Below are positions 9,906 through 18,489 of a stretch of 61,263 bases of DNA, one piece after another. The stretch covers positions 1-61,263 of IMG/VR virus record IMGVR_UViG_3300032722_000020; one strand, written 5' to 3'. A program made the translations under genes and the position numbers. Below the pieces are notes generated by a model that worked only from the letters and a program-made list of their open reading frames with translations, searched no databases and was not told the origin of the DNA. The stretch comes from a virus (lineage: Duplodnaviria; Caudoviricetes). Numbering within the stretch: the first letter of the stretch is position 1; every line of letters begins with the position of its first letter.

Positions 9906-12797
9906 TCAAATATCTGCCGCCGCGAAACTCGGCACAAATTCCCCCCGCATCAAAGCCGCCAGCCGTTCGCCCGCTTCAATGATATTTGCCAGCGCGCTAC
10001 CTTTGCGCGGTGGGATTGGAGGCAGCACCACCGGACCGGAAACTTCGCGGAAATTTCCATTAATAACTTGCCCGGATTCGTCTTTGCGGATTGCCATGAT
10101 TAGAACAGGCTCGGTTTTCGGTGCTGGCGCGGACTGCTGTTGAATTGTGACCGGCGCGGCGTCATCTTCGATTGATTCAAAGGTTAAATCCTCGCAAACC
10201 GCGCGCAATGCGTCGTAATCAGTGCCGACAATGGCAATTCCCCGCGTGAATATCGCCGCTGATTTGGTTAGGATTTCAAACTTTGTAATGATCCCCCCCG
10301 CAACCGTAACCCGAATGTCAGGCGCAAAAGCTGCATTAACCTTTTCCAAAACTTGCGCGGTGCTGATTTCAAACGGCTTTGCTGGCTCTGGCAATTCCCC
10401 CCGCACAGGAACCACGGCGGAAAGTTTAGCGGATCGGATCGCCGCACGTTGCGCCTCCCGCTTGGCGTGATTGGCTTTCAACTTTTCCGCCAACGTCAAG
10501 ACGGCGGTTTTTAGCGGTTCATCGCCGGCAACATTCCCCACGCTGGCCGGTTCCGGCATAAATGTTTCATAAACTACCCACCCACGCGCAAGTTTGCCGT
10601 TCAAATAGCCTTTTACATGGTGAAACGGCTTGCCGGCGGCAGATTCAAAAGCGTGTTTCTTTCGGTTGAAATTTCCGACAAACCGAAAATTCAAGCCGTC
10701 ATTATTCACGAAAATTTCCCCAACATCAGCAAAGCCGAATTGAAAGCGGGCAAAGCCTACTTGGCGCGGATCATCGGCGGATGTTCCCCCCGCGCTAGGC
10801 TGGCTTTCCGGCTTGGCAGTCTCGACATTGGCAACCGGAGCGGGCGCAACGGCGGCAACGCTAGGCGCGGCAATCGCCGGCTCTCCATGTTTCGCCGTTT
10901 CAATTTCACGCTGGCGAGCGCAAAGTTTATCATTTTCCAAAATCTGCAACTCCAGATTGGCAATGTAACCCGGCAAAACATCATCCAAAAGGGACAATTC
11001 CCGATCTGTCATTGGCCTGTTTTCATCGGCATATTTCACGGCCAATGATTCGAGTATGCGCTTGGCTTGGTTGCGACGGGCAATCAATGGCTTGTAAACC
11101 GGCACGGTGATAATGTCAATTTCACCACAGCTATGGACATTGGAAACCGGTTTGCAATCGCTTACAATGGCCTGCTCTGACGCAGTATCTTTGACAGGGT
11201 ATGCTTTTGCATAGGCCGCGCGAAATTCATCACATTGGGCAGGATGGACAAACGCAACGCCTTTCGGCAAATGTTGCAAGGTGTATTCCTGCAATGTCGG
11301 AATTTTGGCCGGCGCAATCGCAGTTTCATCGCTAATCGTTTCCGGCAAACTTTCCGCCGGTATTTCTGCGGAAACTTCCTGCTCTTCAACCGGAGTTTCG
11401 CTTGCCGGCTCGACATTACAGGCACCATCCAATCGCATTGGCATAGTGACTGAAATCCAAGGCTCATTTATCTTCAAAACAATTGGACCTAAAACCTGCC
11501 CGGAGTTTGGCTTTTCAAATTCTGCCGTGATTTCATCTGTGTCAACTGCTGCAATCGCTTCCCTTAAATAGCGTGGATTTATCCCAATATAAAAATCCGG
11601 CCCCTTGTAATTGATTGCAACGCTGATCCGGCAATCGCCCCGCTCTGGAGAATTGGATGAAACAACACACTCATTTTTGCGAAATTCAAGTTTTATTGCA
11701 TTGGCTTTTTCGCTCGTTTGAATTTCCGCAGTTTTAACTGCGTCAAGTAATTCGACTCGGTTAAAACTGATTTCTTCCCACGCTTCGCCGGGAATCACTT
11801 GCCGGTAATTCGGATAATTTCCTTTAATAAACTTGGAATAAATTTGCACGCTTTGAACGCCGGAATTGAATGAAAAACAACCGTTGCAACTCCCAAACTG
11901 GATTATTACTTCGCCGGAATTTTCAACCGGAAAAGGATTTTTCTTTGTCGCCTTTTTCGCCTTTGGCAGTGATGAAAGAAGCGTGTCAACGGCCTTTGCC
12001 GGCAGAATAAATTCTGAATTGCCAGCGCACCCCAGCAATGACTCTATTTTCGCAACGGTAGAGTTTTGAAAATCGCGGATTTCCCGTGCCGCGCGCCGGG
12101 CCAAAATGTTTTGATCGCAATCGTTTGTTTCAACTAGCTGCTTTGCTGAAATCCAAGCATCATTAGATTTTTCAAACTTCGCCTTTTGAATTGGCAACGA
12201 TTTTTTTAACGCTGCAATCTGTTTTTCCGACATCGGTTTTTTGCCTAATTTCGCCAGCATATCAGCTAACGCCAATCGCCGGCCATCGGTTGCGACAATG
12301 GTTAGCTTGTCGTCTTTGAACGCGAAAAGCACCCCGTTCAAAACATAGCGGCTTTCATCGGTGGATATGGCAAACGATACGCGCTTTAATGCCGTTCGTA
12401 AATCGCTAGTCCTAACGCTCGCTTGGCGCGGACGTAGCATTTCAGGCATCGGCGGAAACTCGTTTGCCGGCAAACCAGCCAGCGAGAAGTTGCTGCCGTT
12501 GCGAATTGCGACGTTGCTTTTCTCATCAGAATCAAACTCAACATCATGGTGGCAGGATTTTAGGATTGCCAGCAAGCGAGACGCCGGCATTGTGACATCG
12601 CCGGGAAGAAAAACCTTAACGCCGGGTAAAGTAATTCGGCTGGTAATATCCAAGTCCGTAGTGGTAACGGCCAAACTGTCTCCGCTCGCCTGAAATAGCG
12701 CATTGGACAGAATAGGAAGCGAATTTCTCCGTGATACGGTTTTGCAAGCCAAAGTTACGGCCTGCGTTATAGTTTCAACTGCGATTTGTGTTTTCAT
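9906..12797 (-). CDS. dnaN: DNA polymerase III beta sliding clamp with internal insertion and ~500-aa C-terminal extension
   Basis: SLPILSN, TTDLD, FAISTDESRYVLNGV, VATDGRRLA, GNYPNYRQVIP, IGINPRYL, VTMPMRL (clamp end near residue 457). Confidence 0.92.
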   Translation of the reverse strand: MKTQIAVETITQAVTLACKTVSRRNSLPILSNALFQASGDSLAVTTTDLDITSRITLPGVKVFLPGDVTMPASRLLAILKSCHHDVEFDSDEKSNVAIRNGSNFSLAGLPANEFPPMPEMLRPRQASVRTSDLRTALKRVSFAISTDESRYVLNGVLFAFKDDKLTIVATDGRRLALADMLAKLGKKPMSEKQIAALKKSLPIQKAKFEKSNDAWISAKQLVETNDCDQNILARRAAREIRDFQNSTVAKIESLLGCAGNSEFILPAKAVDTLLSSLPKAKKATKKNPFPVENSGEVIIQFGSCNGCFSFNSGVQSVQIYSKFIKGNYPNYRQVIPGEAWEEISFNRVELLDAVKTAEIQTSEKANAIKLEFRKNECVVSSNSPERGDCRISVAINYKGPDFYIGINPRYLREAIAAVDTDEITAEFEKPNSGQVLGPIVLKINEPWISVTMPMRLDGACNVEPASETPVEEQEVSAEIPAESLPETISDETAIAPAKIPTLQEYTLQHLPKGVAFVHPAQCDEFRAAYAKAYPVKDTASEQAIVSDCKPVSNVHSCGEIDIITVPVYKPLIARRNQAKRILESLAVKYADENRPMTDRELSLLDDVLPGYIANLELQILENDKLCARQREIETAKHGEPAIAAPSVAAVAPAPVANVETAKPESQPSAGGTSADDPRQVGFARFQFGFADVGEIFVNNDGLNFRFVGNFNRKKHAFESAAGKPFHHVKGYLNGKLARGWVVYETFMPEPASVGNVAGDEPLKTAVLTLAEKLKANHAKREAQRAAIRSAKLSAVVPVRGELPEPAKPFEISTAQVLEKVNAAFAPDIRVTVAGGIITKFEILTKSAAIFTRGIAIVGTDYDALRAVCEDLTFESIEDDAAPVTIQQQSAPAPKTEPVLIMAIRKDESGQVINGNFREVSGPVVLPPIPPRKGSALANIIEAGERLAALMRGEFVPSFAAADI

Positions 12798-12865
12798 TTT
12801 GTTTTTTTACCGGTTGCCGCCGGCTCGGTTGTTATGTTGTTATTGGTTTAATTGATTGATGCTTC

Positions 12866-13075
12866 TTATGCCCGACGCGCACGGAGTTTGAAGCCGCAAT
12901 TCACCCCAAGTGGGGCTTGCTCCTGCTTTTTAATAATCGAAATCGCAGATTGCGGAGTTTTCGCTTCGATCAAAGCCCCGGTTGATAGCCAGATTCCACT
13001 TTGATTTTTCCGCATGGCATTGCGCTCATCGGGGGTGATATTTTTGGTTTTGTAGTAGTCAATTGAGTATTTCAT
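12866..13075 (-). CDS. Hypothetical 69-aa protein, duplicate copy A
   Basis: Near-identical to 13444-13653. Confidence 0.75.
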   Translation of the reverse strand: MKYSIDYYKTKNITPDERNAMRKNQSGIWLSTGALIEAKTPQSAISIIKKQEQAPLGVNCGFKLRARRA

Positions 13076-13113
13076 ATTATTTTCTTTGGTTGGTTTGTTT
13101 GTTGGTTATTTGG

Positions 13114-13404
13114 TTATTTGTTTTGAACGGCGGCAAGGTTGGCGAGGGATTGATTTAACTCATGGTCAAGCGCGATATATTCCGACCGCGTGCCGCCGCT
13201 AGTAAAATGCGATTGCATTTTAATCGTCAAATCCGCCACCGCCAACAGCGCGGCGTGTTCGGTTGCTGCTGATTTAAGCAAAGCTTCAAAATCATTATCT
13301 CTGCCAATTTTTCCAGCCTGAATGCCGAATTTTTTCCATATTGTCGCACGCTCGATCATTTCAGAAATTGCGCCCGTCGCCTTTTCTTGGTTTTGTGTTT
13401 TCAT
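13114..13404 (-). CDS. Hypothetical protein
   Basis: 96-aa ORF between the duplicated genes. Confidence 0.7.
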   Translation of the reverse strand: MKTQNQEKATGAISEMIERATIWKKFGIQAGKIGRDNDFEALLKSAATEHAALLAVADLTIKMQSHFTSGGTRSEYIALDHELNQSLANLAAVQNK

Positions 13405-13443
13405 AATTTTAGAGATTGTTGGGGATTTTGGCTGATTGATGAT

Positions 13444-13653
13444 TCATGCTCTCCGCGCACGGAGTTTGAATCCGCAGTTCACCCCAAGTGGGGTTTGCTC
13501 CAGATTTTTTATAATCGAAATCGCAGATTGCGGAGTTTTCGCTTCAATCAAAGCCCCGGATGATAGCCAGATTCCACTTTGATTTTTCCGCATGGCATTG
13601 CGCTCATCGGGGGTGATATTTTTGGTTTTGTAGTAGTCAATTGAGTATTTCAT
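13444..13653 (-). CDS. Hypothetical 69-aa protein, duplicate copy B
   Basis: First gene after the island promoter; 4 aa differences from copy A. Confidence 0.75.
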   Translation of the reverse strand: MKYSIDYYKTKNITPDERNAMRKNQSGIWLSSGALIEAKTPQSAISIIKNLEQTPLGVNCGFKLRARRA

Positions 13654-13710
13654 ATTATTTTTGGTTTAGTTTTTTGTTTGTTTACAATGTTTTACTTTCA
13701 CCGTGATTTA

Positions 13711-13739
13711 AGTATTACACAAGCCGTTTGAATTGTAAA
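13711..13739 (-). promoter_or_regulatory. Sigma70-like promoter with operator CAAGCCGTTTG
   Basis: Minus strand TTTACA-N17-TAATAC; operator at 13720-13730. Confidence 0.7.
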
Positions 13740-14432
13740 GCGGAAAAGAGAAAATAAATTAAGATTTTTTTAGCCTTGGAAACATTGAACAAAATCACTA
13801 CTATATTTAGAATTGTTCTAAATCTAAACCGAATTTAATCCAAAAAAGAGGCGAAAAACATTTTGTCTTGACACCATGAAAAACGACAAGTTACCATTGC
13901 TCCCGCAAGATGCCGCCAACATTTCAACGCCACGCCCCACAATGCGCCACCACCGGAGCGACACGTTAAGCCAGCCAAGCCGCAAGCCGGCAACTGGGCG
14001 ATCCGTTACAAGCCAGTTAGCTAAAGCCAGCCCGCTAAAGTATCAAAAGCAACGCTCGGTTTAACTAAAGTTGCGATAACGCTAAATACAACTTTATTGT
14101 TAAATGTTGCTTTAACGTAAATGTTGAATGTGGTTAAAGTAAAGTCGACAGCCAATCAACATGAATTAAAGATGCACAATATATCTTTGCCATGCCAAAA
14201 TTTTATGTTTGTTTATAGCCGCGATTATCGCCAATGTTTCCAATGGAATTATTTAATGATGCACAATAAATCAACAACAAAGCCGCGAAAACATTGATGA
14301 ATATAATAACGACCGATGGGGTGGGCATAAGGATTCTTTTCAATGTAAATCGTTGATAGCTAGTGACGGAACGGCTTGGTTTCCTTGTGCGTGGTGTTTT
14401 TTGATGAAAATTTACTGACTTATTTTCAGATA

Positions 14433-14456
14433 TTGACTTTTGGGCAATGTTGAATG
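14433..14456 (+). promoter_or_regulatory. TTGACTT late-gene motif 21 nt before ATG (also at 15238, 16543, 26138, 56039, 59073)
   Basis: Conserved sequence at a fixed 19-21 nt from start codons of structural genes. Confidence 0.7.
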
Positions 14457-15236
14457 GAAGTTTCTTGCACAATGGACACGTCCGGTTTGCGGGCGGTGAT
14501 TCCTGATTTGGTGGCGTATGGGCGTCGGACTGTGGCTGAACAGTGCGTTACAAGCATGGGGATGATTTTGCAGGACACGCAAAACTTTGGGTCTAATCCG
14601 ATACCGTTTGTGGATGTGGGCAGGATGGATCAGGAATTGGATGCGATTGACCACGTTTCAAAATCGAAGGTGGACGGGCTTTCTGGTCTTCCGTGGACGG
14701 AAGCAATGATGATTGCCGTTCAGCGGACGAATCCAAACTCAAAATTCAGTGTGATGACCGGAAATAGGTGGCCGCTTATGAAGCCAGGATTTCCTCGCGG
14801 TTCAATTCAAAATTGGCGTTATTTCGCCAATGCGGCCGACCGCATGACTGCCGCGCGCCATTCATCGGGACACTTCATTCAATCTGGTTTCAAGGGGCCG
14901 ATTGAGCAATGTATTACCAGCGCCTTGTTTAAGAATCGCTACCGCGCACGGACGGCATTGGCTCCTGCCAACCCGCTGAACACGCTCGATCCGTCCGAAC
15001 TTGGGCGGCTGGACATGGCTTCGCCTGAATCAGCAAATTTTCAGGTGACGGCGGAAAACAACATCGGCGAGAACGGCGGCAATGCGGTCTTGGACGCAAA
15101 ACACGCAGAAGCGCGGGACGCCTACGCATCTGGGCCGTTGCAGGGCGCGATTGACAAGGAAACTGCCGCCTGCGATGTCGAATTAGAGCGGCGCATTGCG
15201 GAGAAGTGGCCGGTTTTCAACAAAATGCTGTCGTGA
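14454..15236 (+). CDS. Putative neck/tail-completion protein
   Basis: First gene of the tail module; HK97 gp10-like size and position only. Confidence 0.5.
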   Translation: MEVSCTMDTSGLRAVIPDLVAYGRRTVAEQCVTSMGMILQDTQNFGSNPIPFVDVGRMDQELDAIDHVSKSKVDGLSGLPWTEAMMIAVQRTNPNSKFSVMTGNRWPLMKPGFPRGSIQNWRYFANAADRMTAARHSSGHFIQSGFKGPIEQCITSALFKNRYRARTALAPANPLNTLDPSELGRLDMASPESANFQVTAENNIGENGGNAVLDAKHAEARDAYASGPLQGAIDKETAACDVELERRIAEKWPVFNKMLS

Positions 15237-15258
15237 TTTGACTTTCAGTGTTTTGTGA

Positions 15259-15804
15259 ATGTCGAATCTGCGCGATAAAAATGACCGTGCCGTGCGCGCG
15301 TTTATTTCACCAACCGTAAAAGGCATTGGTGATGGGATTCCAATTTACATTTCGCTTGACCCGGAAACGCGGGACGTGACGACCGGGCCGGGATTGGTGG
15401 ATGTTCAAACTGGAATGGGGACAGAATCACCCAAAGGCAGCGGAAATTATACGTTCCGAGTCCGAGTCCGCGCAAAAATTCCAGCGGTGACGCAGCCAGG
15501 GCAACCGGAAAACCAAAACCACTCGGCCATTGGCGCGCTGGCGGACGCGATTTTTGGTGCGCTGCACCAGTCAGACAACAATCAGGACTATGCGGCGACG
15601 GCGAGGCTGATAACGGTGGCGGGAAATGCGTTGACGACGGACGGAACCGGAAATAATGACGACATGGGCGACTATTCTGCGATTTCGATTACGCATGACA
15701 CCGAGGGAGGCGACAAGACCAACGCGCAGGGCGAAGGATTAAATTTTATCGAGGTTGCCGATTTTCAAATGAATATCGTCGGCTTCGGAGGATATTGGAA
15801 CTGA
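15259..15804 (+). CDS. Putative tail terminator-like protein
   Basis: Position, plus motif pattern GSGNYTFRVRV..ALADAIFGAL. Confidence 0.5.
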   Translation: MSNLRDKNDRAVRAFISPTVKGIGDGIPIYISLDPETRDVTTGPGLVDVQTGMGTESPKGSGNYTFRVRVRAKIPAVTQPGQPENQNHSAIGALADAIFGALHQSDNNQDYAATARLITVAGNALTTDGTGNNDDMGDYSAISITHDTEGGDKTNAQGEGLNFIEVADFQMNIVGFGGYWN

Positions 15805-15809
15805 ATTTT

Positions 15810-16121
15810 ATGGCTGAAACAGAAAAACCAGCGGCGCGCAAGCCCGGAACACCGCCGCCAGTGCCGGACACGTCCGAGAAATGGTCATTTCGTGAGATTC
15901 GTGCCACGCGAGAGAAGATCATCGCAGCCATCAACGATGCTCGGCTGACCGATCCGAAAACGCGCAAGCCGGGAACGGAACCACTGCCGGAGCCGATTAA
16001 AAATTATTTGATTTGGATTCTCGATAATCTCGAAGGTGACGTGTTTGTTTTGGACGGTCATGTTCACGCCGCCTCAAAAACCGAATGGATGGAACACTTA
16101 CATATTAAAAAATTCTGCTGA
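15810..16121 (+). CDS. Hypothetical protein
   Basis: 103-aa ORF in the tail operon. Confidence 0.6.
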   Translation: MAETEKPAARKPGTPPPVPDTSEKWSFREIRATREKIIAAINDARLTDPKTRKPGTEPLPEPIKNYLIWILDNLEGDVFVLDGHVHAASKTEWMEHLHIKKFC

Positions 16122-16122
16122 T

Positions 16123-16539
16123 ATGAAAAAAACACTTATTTTTTGTGCCTGCCTGCTGTCAATTTCGGCGCAGGCCGGGCTTACTGTCGTCAACACGCTT
16201 AACCCGACCACACTGGCCGGAACACCATCGGTGCTGGTGACTAATAATTCGTCGCCGGTCATCGTCGGGTATGCCAGTTTCCGGTTTAGCCCGAATTTTG
16301 TCATCAATCAAGGTGGGTTGAATAACACGAACAGCTTTGTGAACTACACCAAGTTGAGTTTTGACACCAACGCGGATTTCGGGGTGGTGGTTTCAACAAA
16401 CCTTTTTTCGACCACCAATGCGTCTGCGCTCACTGTTCCGGCTCCGACCAGCCAGACAATTCCTATTTACGGATGGACGCAGACCGTGGTTTCAAACAGC
16501 ACCGTGGTCTGGCAACAGGTCGTCACCCAGACTCCGTGA
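16123..16539 (+). CDS. Signal-peptide-bearing Asn/Thr-rich beta protein
   Basis: MKKTLIFCACLLSISAQA|G; 6 sequons in 138 aa. Confidence 0.75.
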   Translation: MKKTLIFCACLLSISAQAGLTVVNTLNPTTLAGTPSVLVTNNSSPVIVGYASFRFSPNFVINQGGLNNTNSFVNYTKLSFDTNADFGVVVSTNLFSTTNASALTVPAPTSQTIPIYGWTQTVVSNSTVVWQQVVTQTP

Positions 16540-16563
16540 CGGTTGACTTTGACAAATTCTTGA

Positions 16564-16941
16564 ATGAAGACATTTTTTATCGCGCTTTTTTCCTTGGTGG
16601 CCGTTTCCGTGGTTACTGCGGCTCCGGTTCTGGTCGGCGGCTCGCCGTTGGTGGTCAATAACACGTCATCGAACTGCGCGGCGGCAACCAGTTTTGCCTC
16701 GCCGCCGGCAATCCAGAATTTTAGCGTCCAGCACGGCGCATTAAACAGCACGAACGACATCACGCTTTCCGTTTCCAACACGCTCGACGGTGTGAACTAC
16801 GTTTATGCCTACACCTGGCATCCGGCCAACACGAACGCCACCACGGAATATATCAATCCGTTTCAGTTCACCAACAATCTGACGCGGGCGACCGTCACCA
16901 CCACAAATTCGCAATCAGTTATCATCAATTTTGGAAACTAA
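16564..16941 (+). CDS. Signal-peptide-bearing Asn/Thr-rich beta protein, probable paralog of the preceding gene
   Basis: MKTFFIALFSLVAVSVVTA|A; 6 sequons; NFSVQHGALNSTN resembles NFVINQGGLNNTN. Confidence 0.75.
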   Translation: MKTFFIALFSLVAVSVVTAAPVLVGGSPLVVNNTSSNCAAATSFASPPAIQNFSVQHGALNSTNDITLSVSNTLDGVNYVYAYTWHPANTNATTEYINPFQFTNNLTRATVTTTNSQSVIINFGN

Positions 16942-16945
16942 TTTT

Positions 16946-17218
16946 ATGTCTGATTCAAATACACCCCTGACGCCCGCACAGGAACGCAAAGCGGCCAATG
17001 ACGTGAAACTCGCGGAACTGGAAGAACTGCTTTCCGCACTGTCGCCGGAAGATCGCCGGTTGCACTTCTTTGAAAACAAGGACGCCGCATCGCTGGAATT
17101 GGTGAATCTGCTTTCGCAGAAAGTGGACGGCATCAAAAATTCCGCAGACCGAAAGGCATTTTTCTTGGCGCATCCCGAACTGGAAGTGCGCTACTCGGCC
17201 AAAAACTTCATCAAATAA
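16946..17218 (+). CDS. Hypothetical protein
   Basis: 90-aa ORF with internal repeat (DRRLHFF / DRKAFF). Confidence 0.6.
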   Translation: MSDSNTPLTPAQERKAANDVKLAELEELLSALSPEDRRLHFFENKDAASLELVNLLSQKVDGIKNSADRKAFFLAHPELEVRYSAKNFIK

Positions 17219-17224
17219 AAAATT

Positions 17225-17713
17225 ATGATACCTGAAATTCTTGTCGGCCAAGCCGTGTTGCACGGCATTCAGAATGACGGCACGCAGATTGGCGTGAGTC
17301 CCTACGCCACGTTCGTTTTGAACAAAATTGGCGGAGCGCACCAATTTGAAATGAAGTCGCTAAAGGACGAAACCGACTTTACCGCCGCGATGATTGCCGT
17401 GGACGAAGGCAACGAGATTGACATTGACCTGACGATTTCAGCCGGCACATCCGGCACGCGCGCGGCAGCGGCGGCTCTGGCCGTCTATCCTTCGCCGCTC
17501 CAATCCATCACGCTTTCTCACCTGAAAACGCAGGGGACGTTCGCCAGTTCCGGCAATACGAGCGTGAAGCTGTTTGATGGGCTGTTTTCCTACATCGGCG
17601 GCGCGAAGATTGACATGAGCCAGTCCGATTTTGTGAAGCTGACCGGCATGAAACTCAAGAAATGGGCGAACGCCGAGCAAAACACCAGTCTCAATACGGT
17701 GGTTTCTGGCTAA
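17225..17713 (+). CDS. Putative tail tube (major tail) protein
   Basis: 162 aa, beta-rich, followed by a terminator, then chaperone-like and tape-measure genes. Confidence 0.6.
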   Translation: MIPEILVGQAVLHGIQNDGTQIGVSPYATFVLNKIGGAHQFEMKSLKDETDFTAAMIAVDEGNEIDIDLTISAGTSGTRAAAAALAVYPSPLQSITLSHLKTQGTFASSGNTSVKLFDGLFSYIGGAKIDMSQSDFVKLTGMKLKKWANAEQNTSLNTVVSG

Positions 17714-17733
17714 TCGGACGCAAAACGACATTC

Positions 17734-17766
17734 AAGGCGCGGCGAGAAATCGTTCGCGCCTTTTTA
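17734..17766 (+). terminator. Rho-independent terminator after the tail tube gene
   Basis: AAGGCGCGGCGA-GAAA-TCGTTCGCGCCTTTTT. Confidence 0.75.
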
Positions 17767-17772
17767 ATTAAA

Positions 17773-18489
17773 ATGCACGAACAAATTTTAGCGCAGGCGG
17801 TGATGCCAACCCCATACCGGATCATGGGGCTGGACATGATGCCGTATTCGCTTGGCAACGAGCTACAACTGTTCCGCGAAGGCTCGCCGTTTCTTTTGCT
17901 CGACCGGAAGAAGTTCAATGCGCTCGGATTTGAAAAACAATGCCTCGCCGTGATTCGCGGGGTGAATGTGTGCTGCCGACAATCGCCGCGCTGGTTCAAA
18001 TTCTGGGGCTGGCTATATCGCCCGCGCACGGCGGAGGAATTGGCCTTGATTGTGGCGGATTTTCGGAATTATTTGAACGATGGACGGCTGCAATTCCGTG
18101 CCGACTTGCCGCAGTCGGACGAGGGTGGAGGACGCTATCTGGGCGAGCCGGAAATCTTGCGGCTCTATCGGTTTGTCTGCGCGCACATCCCGGTTGAAGA
18201 ACGGCAGATTTGGGGTAAGACGGCGTGGGATTTCCCGTATTCCTTTGCCAAGATGCTTTCGCAGGGACACGCGGAGAGCAATGGCTGTCTCGAAATCTAC
18301 AACATCCAGAAAAAGGCGCACGACGACTATCACACGCAATGTCAGGAAGGCCGCGATGCGTGGACGGCGGCAGGCTTGGACATCGCCAAGCGGATCGCCG
18401 CGCTGAAAAACTATCCCATCATCCGCGAACTTGCGGGCTTGGAAGAAGAAGTTGCCAACTTTGAAAAGGAAATCGTATGCCCGGCTTAA
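17773..18489 (+). CDS. Putative tail assembly chaperone
   Basis: Position between tube and tape measure; AWDFP motif near the C-terminus. Confidence 0.5.
   Translation: MHEQILAQAVMPTPYRIMGLDMMPYSLGNELQLFREGSPFLLLDRKKFNALGFEKQCLAVIRGVNVCCRQSPRWFKFWGWLYRPRTAEELALIVADFRNYLNDGRLQFRADLPQSDEGGGRYLGEPEILRLYRFVCAHIPVEERQIWGKTAWDFPYSFAKMLSQGHAESNGCLEIYNIQKKAHDDYHTQCQEGRDAWTAAGLDIAKRIAALKNYPIIRELAGLEEEVANFEKEIVCPA

Noticed and set aside
17773-18489. Programmed frameshift in the tail assembly chaperone
   Set aside because: A single ORF spans to the tape measure gene and no convincing slippery site with a second frame was seen.
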